Counted from the stretch's first letter, positions 9,888 to 21,127 are shown. The stretch: DNA of 64,000 bases from Tetramitus jugosus (GCA_937625935.1 OW569358.1:62001-126000); one strand, 5' to 3'. Numbers and translations are program-made. Notes: generated by a model from the letters alone, not told the origin.

Positions 9888-11669
9888 TTACATTACTCGA
9901 TTGACAACCATTAGGGTTGAGAGAGGGGTCCTTGGATTCTTGCTCTTACTATCCTTTGTTGTGACTGACTTCTGATTGATGAGCATGGGTTGAGAAGATG
10001 GATCAGCACTGCTAACTTCATCCGAATATACGGAAAACTTCTTGCCCTTGGAAGTGTGAACCTTCGACTTTGCGGACCTAGTCTTTTTGTGACGCGAGTG
10101 AGTTTCGACAATTGAAGAGGCTTCTTCTGTCATCGAATTCTGATCTGATATCCTAGATGTTACAAAATCTTCAAATGAAGTGCTCAAGTCATCACTAACC
10201 TTCTTGGTTGGTGAACGAACTACACTGGAATCATTTATGGTTGAATTGGCAAACAACATGGATCGATTGATAGATATGTTTTTGGCACTGTCCATTCGGT
10301 TCTTCAAATGATTTAATCCGTAGTCCAGCCGCTGAATGATAATCTTATTCTCTCTCTCTAATTCTTCTAGCTCCCACTTTAATCTTTCAAGAGTAGAACC
10401 TGAGAATTGCTGTCTGTTTCTTCCAGGTTTTTCAGCATCAATAATTGTTTGCGTTGCTCTGGACACAACCACCTGGGCTTGATCCATTCTCTTGGTAATT
10501 TGGGAAACAGCAAAATCTTTTTGCTTGAGGCATTCATCAAACTCCTGTATTATCTGTCGAAGTTCCTCTTGAAGTGAGCATACCTGTTGATAGTACATGT
10601 CTCGGTCAGCCTCCAATGCCATGATTTGTTGACCGTACCACTTATAATCCATATCCTGTGATTGTTTAGTTTCCTCTTGTTTTCTCATATCAAGCTGCAG
10701 TCTTTTTGCATTTTGGTCCGAATGGACCTTGAGTAAGTTCAGTTTCTCCACTTCTGCCATCAATTGCTGACATTTTGATTCACTCTCCTCAAAGCGATTC
10801 TTTAATTCAGATTCCACTTTTCCTTGTTTGTTTCTCTCTAGTTCATACTCTTGCAACAAGTCTGCATATTGTTCCTGTTCTCCGGCCAGAGTTTTTCTCG
10901 CATAATCGAGATCCATCACCAGCTGCTGATTGTTCTCCTGGACACTCCGAAGTTTTTCAACCAATTCAACTCTTCCGAGCTCAAGACTACTAGTATACGA
11001 CTCTCTTTCATTCAAGTGATCTATCAACTCTTGCATTTTCTTCTCTTGTTCAATAAACTCTATTTTAGCCAAATCCATCTCCTTGTCCTTGAGTACTTCG
11101 ATGTGTCTCTGGTGCTCCTTGACAGACTTGAATAAAAGAGCTACCCGTAGCATCAAGATTCTTTCCAGCAAAGAATGATCTACTCCATTGTTCATGTTGA
11201 AATAAATAATTCTCCTAATCGATCGATCAAGAGTCGAGATAGTGGTCTCACCATCAATGGTCTCCAGTATCGACGAGATAAAGTGTTGGGTAAGAGGTAC
11301 ATTCACATTCGGATCTTCATCTGCTTCTTTGGAAAGAATATTGGTAGAATCGTTGTTGCTCATCCTGCTGGATCTTAGGGAAGTTCGACCAGATCTTTCA
11401 AACGTTTCCCTAATCGCTCTTTCGAGCTCTTCATTGTTGAGAGCGACCAAGTTCAGATGAGAATCGAATCCAGGCGAACCAAAACTATTCATTATTTCAA
11501 TTGCATCTGATTGACTGAGAAAAGAGTTCAGATTCATGTTATGATGGGTCTCCCTTGAACTGGAATCGGATCGTTCACTCTTTTGACTTCGCGGTGTGTT
11601 AGGAAAACTACCGAAGAAAGATGAAGTGTGAGATTCATGAATGAAGTTAGTGGATGTCGTACGACTCAT
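9888..11669 (-). CDS. Coiled-coil protein, paralogue of 61759..63856
   Basis: Long heptad ORF sharing KEMDLAK and KWYG.QIM.LE.DRDMYY.Q...LQ.EL blocks with the gene at 61759. Confidence 0.7.
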   Translation of the reverse strand: MSRTTSTNFIHESHTSSFFGSFPNTPRSQKSERSDSSSRETHHNMNLNSFLSQSDAIEIMNSFGSPGFDSHLNLVALNNEELERAIRETFERSGRTSLRSSRMSNNDSTNILSKEADEDPNVNVPLTQHFISSILETIDGETTISTLDRSIRRIIYFNMNNGVDHSLLERILMLRVALLFKSVKEHQRHIEVLKDKEMDLAKIEFIEQEKKMQELIDHLNERESYTSSLELGRVELVEKLRSVQENNQQLVMDLDYARKTLAGEQEQYADLLQEYELERNKQGKVESELKNRFEESESKCQQLMAEVEKLNLLKVHSDQNAKRLQLDMRKQEETKQSQDMDYKWYGQQIMALEADRDMYYQQVCSLQEELRQIIQEFDECLKQKDFAVSQITKRMDQAQVVVSRATQTIIDAEKPGRNRQQFSGSTLERLKWELEELERENKIIIQRLDYGLNHLKNRMDSAKNISINRSMLFANSTINDSSVVRSPTKKVSDDLSTSFEDFVTSRISDQNSMTEEASSIVETHSRHKKTRSAKSKVHTSKGKKFSVYSDEVSSADPSSQPMLINQKSVTTKDSKSKNPRTPLSTLMVVNRVM

Positions 11670-11789
11670 GATTAAGAGTACGAATAAATTACAGAGTTGT
11701 GTTCGTGTTTGAGACAAGAGGATTCGTATGGAGCGAAACGGTCCAAAAAGGCGCCAACACTCGCAAAGCCAAAAACCAGGCAAAAGGAG

Positions 11790-11862
11790 TGGTCGTTGCA
11801 GGGATCGAACCTGCGACCAATGGCTTATTAGACCAACGCTCTACCGACTGAGCTAAACGACC
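11790..11862 (-). tRNA. tRNA-Ile(AAT)
   Basis: GGTCGTTTAGCTCAGTCGGTAGAGCG..CT-AAT-AA..GGTTCGATCCC..ACGACCA; cloverleaf with A and B boxes. Confidence 0.95.
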
Positions 11863-11959
11863 TTCGTATTGTTCTATATTTATCAAAATAGCCCGCTCGG
11901 AAAATTACTAGCTGAAATAGCAATAGCGGGAGAAAACAATCCGAAACCCAAAACCAACC

Positions 11960-12361
11960 ATGCCCACAAATGAGGAAACGCTCGCAGCGAACGAAGATCC
12001 CAACAACAATGAAGATCAGACAACTGCAGCGAACAACTTGTTTCAGAGCAGTGTAAAAACGTATCGACCACCTGATGGTTCGCCTGCTGTGATTTGCATT
12101 CACACCAAACCGAAATTGATGAAGCGTTTGGCCAATTTTTTGCAACATTTTGATCGTCCGCCACAACAACTCTTTTTGGAGTTTGCTTTTGTGGAGGTGG
12201 AAGAACAAAATGTGGCTCAATTTCGGTATAAGCTCACTCATCCCATACTGGACGCAGTTTACAATGGTTCGAACACGCTTGCAAACTTTACTCTGTCACC
12301 AGAAGAGCTAGACGCCGGTTCCAGAAGGAGATTACCGCCAGAGCTGACCCCCAGAATGTGA
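11960..12361 (+). CDS. Hypothetical 133-aa protein
   Basis: ATG preceded by the AC-rich leader typical of genes in this window; no confident domain. Confidence 0.5.
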   Translation: MPTNEETLAANEDPNNNEDQTTAANNLFQSSVKTYRPPDGSPAVICIHTKPKLMKRLANFLQHFDRPPQQLFLEFAFVEVEEQNVAQFRYKLTHPILDAVYNGSNTLANFTLSPEELDAGSRRRLPPELTPRM

Positions 12362-12755
12362 TTCTCTCAGATTGCAAAAACAAAAAGAACATAAAATGTA
12401 CTTTGAAAAGAGAAAATAATATTTGAATATATGATATTGTGAATCACTCACGTGAGAGAGATTGTATGGATCGTTCACAAACTCCTTCACAAAATCACTA
12501 CCCATACACACACAGAAACACCGCGCATGTGCGTTTTGAAAAATAAATATTTGAGAGTGAGCTGAACAGAAAGTGTTGTCGTGTTTGGAACTCAACAACA
12601 GTGGTCGTCATGATTGCACACTCTCGCTCATACACGCTGGTTCTCTGAGAGAGAAGGGATGTTTACATTGATTGTTTCTTTGAAGGCAGAGGTCATCATT
12701 CACCACCTGAACAACAAAGAAAGCATGAGGGTGCTTGCTGCGTTGAGAGACAAAA

Positions 12756-14277
12756 TTACTCTTGTTGCTTTCGCTGAGCGTGCAACTTTTCCAAATTTTT
12801 GTTCAACAAGTCTTTGTACATTGGGTCCTCATGTCCCATAAACGTCCAAAAATCTTCTGGTCCTCTCTTGAAGAACCTTGGTTCATAGACTTCCTTGTCA
12901 TTGTCTCTCTCCTTCTTCTTCTCACGTTGTGCATGCTCAACCTTTGATTTTTCTTCGGTTGCAGCCTTGACATCGTTTCTCTGAATGGCATGAGTCAAAT
13001 TTATCCACAATTTTCTAGATTCAAACTCCTCTAGGCTGTCATAGTCTGGCACGTGCTTTGGAACAATTGGGTGTGTCCTTGCATCGAAAAATAACTTGTC
13101 ATCCTTCTTTCCAACCAGTTTCTTTGGTCGAATAAAAATCTTATCGTTCCATTTGCCTCTGACTTGATAGACAGTGGTTCCCTTCTTCTTGATGCGTGCG
13201 CTCACAACATTGTACTCTCCGCCAAAGAATGGCTTAGTCTTGAATTCCATTTCTGTGGTGAGACCAGTCTTCTTGCATGTAATGGAAGTTTTGCCGCCCA
13301 TTTCCATGATCAATCGACCAAAAATGATACCACGGGCATAGACATTGGGCCAAGTGCAGACATAGCTCTCACCTCTATTCTTAAAATTGATTGTAATGTA
13401 TCCCTCAGTCATGCTATGATCAACAACAACAAAAATATGTAAGCTCATGTCCTCACATGCACAACAAACGAAAAAATATCGACAAAAGAAAGCTCTCTTC
13501 AAACAAAAAACAAGAGTAACAATAGCAATAACATACGAAGCGACAGAATTGCCCAAAAATTTGCTTCTTGGGTAGTACCATCCCTCAATCGATATTCCCT
13601 TTTGTACATTTTCAACATAGAGAGCACTGATTGGTGGATGATGAGACACTTGTTCAGCAAAGAATGTCATTACACTACCATCGGCCAATTCATAGTTACA
13701 ACGGAAAACTTCACCCTATCACAACAACAAAAAAACATCAAAGCTTGAGGTCAGAAAAAAATGAAGAGAACTCAAAGTGAACAATGACCCTAAAAAAAAT
13801 CATGAAATAAAACATACCAAAATAGGATTAAATGGTTTCTTGACACCCTTTGGCTTCACGTGCCATCCAGACATGTACGTTCTCACAACTTCAAGCATTC
13901 TGTCCAATGGGTCTTCATGATCTGGTGCGCTGTTTTGGGTTAAAATAACGTTAGCTTTTTTGTTGTTTGATTTCTTAAGAGAAAAAAAACGGTTTAAACG
14001 ACTGTTGTGTTCAACCAACGACATACCTGCAAAGAATTTGACAATGAGACAAAAAGTCTGTCAATTTCTCCAATAGGGAACGAGGTTCCAAAAAATCACA
14101 TGGGATTGGAACTTTTGTCAAATCCATTCCAATTTTGAGTTCACCCATCATTGACATCAATAAACTCTTTGTGTTACTGTCCAATACTTCAGTGTCGTCA
14201 CCGTCTAGACCCTTGTACATTTCTTGCTCCTGTTCTTGAGACAATGTTTCATGTGATTCTACTTGTTCTGAAGCCAT
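12756..14277 (-). CDS. Oxysterol-binding protein (short ORP/Osh); introns ~13930..14026, 13716..13817, 13414..13536
   Basis: DLTKVPIP..FLEPRSLLEK, KKPFNPILGE, EQVSHHPP signature and GKWN; three GTATGT..AG introns. Confidence 0.92.
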
Positions 14278-14870
14278 TTTTTTTTCGTATCTCAAAATAT
14301 AATATATATCAATTCAAATGGGTTGTTTGTTGCTGGTTGTGTTGAAAGCTTTTTATGTACGGCTGATGATGAAAAAAAAAAGAGCAAGCGAAAGCGTCGT
14401 TTGAATGGTGTGCGAGTTTGCTTCGTGTGCGTTTTTTTTTCTGTTGTTGCTGCCTCAATTCCTTCCGCCAGAGAGATTTTTTGTGTGTGACGAACCTATT
14501 CGCCTTTTTTTGGGCCGGCTCTTTTGTTAGCTAACCACCTGACTAGGATGTTTTCACGGATGGACAGATTGAGAGCAACAATCTGATGAGATGATACAAT
14601 CTCCTTTGCCTCACTGCAGTAGACGATTCGCTGAGCTCATACTCATAACGAAGTTTGAAGGCATGGGAAATAAAGCCGTTCGCAGATTGATCATTCCTTG
14701 TCGGGGATCAAACACCAATTTGACACTTGAGATGATTGATCACATTGGCGCCAATTCGTTGTTTGAGCGCCCAGTTCTACGGAAACCACGGCACCTTCCC
14801 AACTCATTATTGTATCCCAAAGAACTGAAAAGCAAACACATAAAACCTATACAAAACAATTCAAGCAAAG

Positions 14871-15587
14871 ATGAACTCCAATCACAACAGTACCAAGAGC
14901 TTGACCAACAGAAAGATCAACGTACAAGACGCTCTCCTCACTGCCCAAGCTTTTGAGTCCAATATTCGTTTGAATACAAAAAAGCACAAGTTTCAAGAAA
15001 GAGGAGAAGATTTCGACACAGAAAAGGAAAATTATGATCCATTCGATCTCTTTGGTTCACAGCAAGATGACATCTCACCAAGCAAGGATCAAAGTGAACA
15101 TTCCATGATGTCAAAGCCAAAGGAAGAACCACACCACAGACCTGCTTCCCCTCTGAAGAAGAGAAAAATTAGCTATGAAAGTGATGGGGATCAAGAAGAG
15201 ATTCTCAAGAACTTCGAGTGCGATTTTGCTGCCAACATTTCAGCTGAAGTGGAAGAATTTGATGGATTTCCCTGGATAGATGCTGACAAGACTGGTGGAG
15301 ATCAAGGTGAACAAGATTACGAATTCAAGTTTGGTGATGGCACTGCCAGTGTCGTTGATCAATTTGACGACATTTCTGGTTCATTTCCTCAGGATGATGA
15401 TTTTTCCATTCATACAGTCAAGGAGCCCATCTGCGAACCAGAGTTGTTCTTGGATTTGGAGAACGTTGATGGAGAGCCTTTTGATATTGTCCCTGTGAGA
15501 GACAATGGAGATCCAATTCCATTCATTGAACTGTTGGCATACAATTTGGAGGATTACTTGGGATCACTCAGTGAACATTGCGATTGA
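14871..15587 (+). CDS. Hypothetical acidic, probably disordered protein with a KEN box
   Basis: 238-aa ORF after an AC-rich leader; EKENYDP and SPLKKRK motifs. Confidence 0.6.
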   Translation: MNSNHNSTKSLTNRKINVQDALLTAQAFESNIRLNTKKHKFQERGEDFDTEKENYDPFDLFGSQQDDISPSKDQSEHSMMSKPKEEPHHRPASPLKKRKISYESDGDQEEILKNFECDFAANISAEVEEFDGFPWIDADKTGGDQGEQDYEFKFGDGTASVVDQFDDISGSFPQDDDFSIHTVKEPICEPELFLDLENVDGEPFDIVPVRDNGDPIPFIELLAYNLEDYLGSLSEHCD

Positions 15588-15764
15588 AGTATCACAATAC
15601 ACTCACATATTGTATCATAACAAATAAACTCTCATCTAGGCAAGAACAACAAGGAAAAGCTTTACAAAGTACAAGAAGGTTTTTTATACATTTTTGGGTG
15701 TATTCGGATGAAGCTCGAAAAAATAATAGTAGGCAATAGATGGTTGTCAAACAACCTTGTCACT

Positions 15765-16621
15765 TTAAAATCCCTTGTAAACCCATCTAGTATCAACTTC
15801 TTCCGGTTCACTAATATGAGTACCAGTCTTATCTACACGTGCAATTTGAATTCGATTGATCGATCTAGCATCACGATACCATAACACCTTCATGCACTCG
15901 ACCAATGTCTTTCTTGCTTCTTGTTCCGTAATTGGTTCACCACGTTGTTTCTTATCTTCGACAAACTTTCTCAGAATCGGTTGTGCAAGATAGTTACCAA
16001 AACCAGTGGCAATAGTCTCATCTTCCCAATGTGTTCCCACCAAATCAGTCACAGCAAGGAACGGTTTTTCATCGAGTTTGGAGACACCTGCAATGACCAA
16101 TGAGTTCCACAATGGGTCAAACTTGTTTCTTCTCTGGTACATGACTCTCACGAGATATTGAAAAATTTCATGTGGTGTATGTTCGTTGCCATCATTGTAA
16201 TTAAAGTCGCTCGTGGTCAACGTTTCCAAAAGTGTTTGAATATATTGGAAATCAGAGAATTCTCCACTGGCACCAATCAATGTCGACTCATTGACAGTCT
16301 TCAATCTTTCGACGCTGCGGAATCTGGCCAATGAACCATAGGATGCCAACGTATCAGCTGCCAACAATACTCCACCGTCGTATTTGATACCGAGAATGGA
16401 AGCTCCAGTGACAATAGGGTCGTGTGTGTGCTTGTCTACAAATATCAATCAAATGTGAAATGTTAGCGTTCCGTCCGGAGGGCAAATAATAATAATAATC
16501 AAACAACAACAACAATCTGTGAGTGATGCATACTTGGTTCTTCTACTTTGTGAGCAACATCTTGGCGAGTTTCATGGAAAAGTTTGTGTGTTTGAAAATC
16601 GTATCCTTGTAGGTCTCTCAT
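15765..16621 (-). CDS. PSMB4: 20S proteasome subunit beta-7 (Pre4/PSMB4); intron 16436..16533
   Basis: PIVTGASILGIKY.GGVLLAADTLASYGSLARF, YQRRNKFDPLWN, ATGFG.YLAQPILR and YRDARS. Confidence 0.95.
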
Positions 16622-16821
16622 CTCTCTCAATATATATATTAATGTGTGTGGGTGTTGTGTATGTATGGACAAGTGATGAATCAATGGATTGTTTTTTGTT
16701 TGTTGTTGCTGTGCTGATCGCAGAGCTCTGTTGTGCGGCGCAGTTTTTTTTGAAAACTAAAATTAGTCTTTTTCACGGCAGGGTTACAAATGTGAGGTTT
16801 ACAAAATCAAATAGCGGAGTT

Positions 16822-18231
16822 TTAATAGTGGAAAGCATGAAGTGGCGGTGGAGTGAATTCGTTCGTCTGCAGGTATTGGTGAGCCTGCACAAGGTCATTA
16901 TAGCTCAAAGGTCTAACAGACAGAGGTAGTACTTCATCAATGTTGTTCTCTGCGAGCATGTCCGTCGTCTGGTCTCGGTTCTCTCTTGTTTCCCAAATGA
17001 GTTCAGACATTGGGTACGACAATGCCTTCTTAATCATCTCCTTGATATCGCTACCAGACATTCCCTGTGTCAAATTTGCCAACTTGTACAGATCCACTGA
17101 TTCATCACAAAATTCATGTCTCAGATAGGTGTCCAGTATCTGACGACGGGACTCAGTGTCCGGCAGTGGAACATGATAACGCAGAGGCAATCGTCGATAT
17201 GCTGCAGGGTCAATCTGAGAAATGTCATTCGATGCGCCAATAACAATCACCTTTGGTGAATGTTCATCATCGTTGCTATGATTTGAATAGAAACCATCCC
17301 ATTGGGACAACATGACAGAGATTTGATTCTTGCGAGAGTCGTGCATGTGTGGTCCATTTCTACGAGTGAACAGCGCATCAATTTCATCAATAAACACGAT
17401 ACAGGGCTCCACTTTCTTTGCCAGAGAGAAAATGGCTGCTGCGAGCTTTTCTGACTCACCCAACAGAAAATCACCTAGCATCTCAGTTTGAACATTCAAA
17501 AAGACACAGCTACATTCTTTGGCAATCGCTTTTGCAAGCAAAGTCTTTTGTGATTGACATTGCGTGTGCATATACAAATAGGTAATAGTAAGAGAGAGAG
17601 AGAGCTATTAGTTAGTCCACTGATATCATGATATCATGATGTGTGTGTGTGTATGTGTGTAGGTGTGCGTGTCAAGAAGAGAAGCAGAAATGAAAAAACA
17701 AACCTTTCCTGTGCCTGGAGGACCATAGAGCAACACGCCCTTTGGTTCCTGTGTCAACGACTTTGAATTCTTCTTCTGTTGCTGATACAAATGAGCGTAC
17801 TGAAATGGATAACACAATGATTCACGAATGGATTTCTTAATGTCGTTCATTCCACCGATATCATCAAATCCAGCATCAATATCCTCACTAAACACCAAAC
17901 ACTGTGCAATGACTCTCTCATGCGGCGATAGACACGTGTTGAATAGGTCCTTGTTTCTCAGTGCATCCAATTTCTTTGAGAGTGCGAGTTCAAATTCACG
18001 GTGAGGTGTTGTTGGTGCAATCTGTGCAATTTGTTTTTGCAGTTTTTTTGCTTCATTGTCAAAGAGAAGTTGATTGATGCGCTTGTGGATTGTGGAGCCT
18101 GTTTGAACATGATTGTTTTTGGATTCCTTGTTGGTGTTGAGCAGTGATTTGAGGAGGTAGGAGACGGTAATCAGACCGACCACAGTGGTGGCAGTCATGG
18201 TCAACAATTCAATCACTTGTCGCTGGTCCAT
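16822..18231 (-). CDS. Msp1/ATAD1-like membrane-anchored AAA+ ATPase; intron 17545..17703
   Basis: N-terminal TM, FDDIGG, PKGVLLYGPPGTGK|TLLAKAIA across the intron, Walker B IVFIDEID and GMSGSDIKE. Confidence 0.88.
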
Positions 18232-18318
18232 GATGGTTTTGGGTTGTTTGTTGCGTTTTTGTTTGAGTTCACACGCGGAAAAACTGAAAGACGAAACCAA
18301 AAAATAAATCGCAAAACA

Positions 18319-18403
18319 AGGACATAGTGTGAATCGAACACACGACCATAGGATGATGTTGCATTATTTGCAATCCCATGCTCTACCGCTGAGCTATATG
18401 TCC
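18319..18403 (-). tRNA. tRNA-Cys(GCA) with a 13-nt intron
   Basis: GGACATATAGCTCAGCGGTAGAGCA-TGGGA-TTGCAA[ATAATGCAACATC]A-TCCTA..GTTCGATTC..TATGTCCT; intron at the canonical 37/38 position. Confidence 0.9.
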
Positions 18404-18446
18404 GCTTACAGATATGAATTTTAGAGAAAGCCCTATTTCCTTGAGC

Positions 18447-19534
18447 GGTGCGGCTGCACGAGAAGGGAATCATCATCACTGATGACTCACATAGCCGCTG
18501 TGAAGGGTGCAAATTGTCAAATTACTTGTCAGCCAGGTCTCTCAGACTGCTCAGCAGGGTTGGGTTGTACCAAAGACAACAACTACTTAATGAGGGTAGA
18601 CTCCGGAGCTTCGAGTCACTAAAGGCCGAGGTTGGCAAGGGTTTTGGACCAAAAACATACCAAGAAGTATCCTTCGCGGTGATGGTGATGCCGGAGTGCA
18701 TGAATATGGAGCTGCATCAAACAATGGGGTTCATACATACCATCAGATTCAATGGTAAGTACGCGAGGGGAAAAGAAGATCTGAAGGAGTTGTTCCTTCA
18801 GGAACGTAAGGCGTTCATCAGTCGGAATTCGCAATGGTGGTTGCAGGTCGCTGCAATGGAACATAGGAATCAGTTCGACTTTCTCAAGAACCCGTTTGTT
18901 GTTGATCGTCAAATGGAGTGGTTCCATGCCCAAGTACGTAGTGGTACGTTACATACCAGAGTGGTATGTAACTATTTGTACGATGATGATGGCCCCAATC
19001 TATGCCCGAGATGCGGCACTGAACCTGATACAATCCTCCACTGTCTTGTCAGATGTCGGTATGCAATTGACGCCAGAAGAAGGCTTGTCGTGGAAGTCTA
19101 CAACAAGTTGCTCAAACTTCCATTGCATCGAGAGTCCGCCATCATATTATGGTTTGACAAAGTGCAGTTCAGAAACGGATTCATGTGGCCCATGCCGAGG
19201 AAGTCGAGCAGGGAGTACCTCATGGGAATGATGGGATTAGAAAACGAAGCTGTCGACCAGGTGATGGATGCACTGACGAAAAATGGGATGAAACAAGAAG
19301 TAGCGCAGCGAAAGGCCCGTGGTTTTGTGTGCTGGGTGAAGAGTCGCTGCATCACAGTGCTGCACAGACTCTACCAGCAATCAAAGGACTGCAAACAGTA
19401 GTAACGCTCTGCGAGCGTTACTAACAAGAAAGAGGAGACGCTCTACGAGCGTCACAAGGATGATCTGGGAACTTAAAGAAAGAAGGACAGAGTAATAAAG
19501 AGCAACCACGTGTTGTATTATAAAAACAAAAAGG
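18447..19534 (+). mobile_element. 5'-truncated non-LTR retrotransposon (ORF2 C-terminus), 43 nt upstream of tRNA-Cys
   Basis: 11-bp TSD TTTCCTTGAGC at 18436..18446 and 19535..19545. A-rich tail at ~19518..19532. The ORF carries the CPRC-x8-H-x4-C zinc motif typical of L1-like ORF2 ends. Confidence 0.88.
18448..19401 (+). CDS. Partial retrotransposon ORF2 (zf-RVT-like CCHC domain); no RT or endonuclease domain in this copy
   Basis: SGTLHT...CPRCGTEPDTILHCLVRC; the frame is open from the 5' truncation point. Confidence 0.8.
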   Translation: MRLHEKGIIITDDSHSRCEGCKLSNYLSARSLRLLSRVGLYQRQQLLNEGRLRSFESLKAEVGKGFGPKTYQEVSFAVMVMPECMNMELHQTMGFIHTIRFNGKYARGKEDLKELFLQERKAFISRNSQWWLQVAAMEHRNQFDFLKNPFVVDRQMEWFHAQVRSGTLHTRVVCNYLYDDDGPNLCPRCGTEPDTILHCLVRCRYAIDARRRLVVEVYNKLLKLPLHRESAIILWFDKVQFRNGFMWPMPRKSSREYLMGMMGLENEAVDQVMDALTKNGMKQEVAQRKARGFVCWVKSRCITVLHRLYQQSKDCKQ

Positions 19535-19831
19535 TTTCCTTGAGCCAAAGTAGATGTGATTTGGGAGCCAATTATCAGTACCCCACATCACGAGTTAAAG
19601 AGTCTCACCTCAACAAACACAGAAGAGATCAGCACCTGTCACCGTTGGTAGGATCGATGGAGAGTATCTAAGGCACTGCTCAAGGTATTTATCAATTCTG
19701 TTGTGCGAGATATGAAACCCTGTTCATCACCTTTGCAAAAGCTCTCTTCAGTCCTCTCAACACACTGAATTGGTTGGTCTTCAGTTATGAAACAAATTGA
19801 GAACAATAAAGAACGGTGTTTATAGCAATCC

Positions 19832-21127
19832 CTAATTACGTTTGCTGATTCGGATCCAATCCACCTCAAGAACATATTGGTTCACGTTCGCAGGGGCTTT
19901 TGGTCCTTGATTCCAATCCATGTTCAAAGTAATGTACAAGAAGAATGATTGATCAAAAGGCCACTGTTGGAATCCAGAATTCGCCGGTTTTTGGTATCTC
20001 AATAGTTGATTTGATCCAGCATACAACACCAAAACACTCTCATCCCAAATCAGAGAATACTGTTGGAATTGGTCAACATTGGGGTTCTCATACCTATTCT
20101 CAATAAAATCAGCAAAGTGGAATGCATGAGATGTCCTTGTAACTCCATTCATTTTCCAAGCGGCATTGTACTTCAGCATGTTAATTTCTCCTGACAGGGG
20201 CCACGGGCCATACACACCATCTCTGTCCATGATATTCAATCCACCAAACGGCCCGTCACCAGTTTGAATCCTTGCTCGAAAATCTACTCTTCCATACTTG
20301 AATGGGAAGGTATTGTAGGTCGATATTCTTCCACTATGCCACCTATCTGTTCCAGGAATTCGCGAGGCAGTCAGTCTCATTATTCCGTCTGATAAGGAAA
20401 CGCTTCCTGCAGTATAATCGTTTGAAAACCCATCTCTGACACTACAGTCTTCAGGACATCCGTCACCTACAACAACATTCCATTTGTTTGTGTCAATGCT
20501 TTTACCATTGAATTCATCTTCAAAAACGGACTTCCATCCTGCTGGGACAGCTGGAATTGATGTGCTAGTCAATGGATCTCCAGAAGATGGTGGAGGAGGT
20601 GGAGGAGGTGGAGTAGAAGGTGGAGGTGTGGAAGGCGGAGAAGGGGAAGAAGGAGAAGGACCAGATCCTAGAGGACAGAGGGAGCCGCTACAACAGCTAT
20701 ACGACTGAGGAGAGTAACAAGCACCACCACATGCCAACATTCCAGAGGGACACAATACTGTTCCAAAACAAGTGTATGTAGATGGAGGATAACATTGAGT
20801 TCCGCAGCATGACAATCCAGAGGCACAGCCACATTGAGAGGGTGGGGATGGAACAGGGGAAGGGTTAGGAGCAGGACTAGGACTAGGAGATGGAGTATTA
20901 GTCTTTTGAACTACATTGCCATCTACACAGGAATATTGGAGGGGTGAATAACAGGCTGATCCACATGATAGTGTACCAACTGGGCACAACAACCCATCGA
21001 AACATGTGTATTGGCTTGGATTGTAACAATCCGCTCCACACGACTCAAGACCGTTGGGGCACTGAGAACTCACAGATACCACAGCCAGTATCAATAGCAA
21101 AACCAATGAGGTATTCAAAGTGTTCAT
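19832..21127 (-). CDS. Secreted protein: CBM52-like Cys-rich repeats, Pro-rich linkers and a GH16 laminarinase-like domain with degenerate catalytic motif
   Basis: Signal peptide; CG..CY.P..Y.C repeats; WKSVFEDEFNG, SGRIST, YGRVDFRA, YGPWPLSGEIN, WPFDQSF and EVDWIR. Confidence 0.85.
   Translation of the reverse strand: MNTLNTSLVLLLILAVVSVSSQCPNGLESCGADCYNPSQYTCFDGLLCPVGTLSCGSACYSPLQYSCVDGNVVQKTNTPSPSPSPAPNPSPVPSPPSQCGCASGLSCCGTQCYPPSTYTCFGTVLCPSGMLACGGACYSPQSYSCCSGSLCPLGSGPSPSSPSPPSTPPPSTPPPPPPPPSSGDPLTSTSIPAVPAGWKSVFEDEFNGKSIDTNKWNVVVGDGCPEDCSVRDGFSNDYTAGSVSLSDGIMRLTASRIPGTDRWHSGRISTYNTFPFKYGRVDFRARIQTGDGPFGGLNIMDRDGVYGPWPLSGEINMLKYNAAWKMNGVTRTSHAFHFADFIENRYENPNVDQFQQYSLIWDESVLVLYAGSNQLLRYQKPANSGFQQWPFDQSFFLYITLNMDWNQGPKAPANVNQYVLEVDWIRISKRN

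Noticed and set aside
9670-9890. RNase MRP-like RNA (GATAAAGTCCCC resembles CR-I)
   Set aside because: No matching GGGGCT CR-V partner found downstream.
11960-12361. A fourth tRNA-associated retroelement upstream of tRNA-Ile
   Set aside because: No TSD, no poly(A) and none of the shared 3' motifs; it looks like an ordinary small gene.
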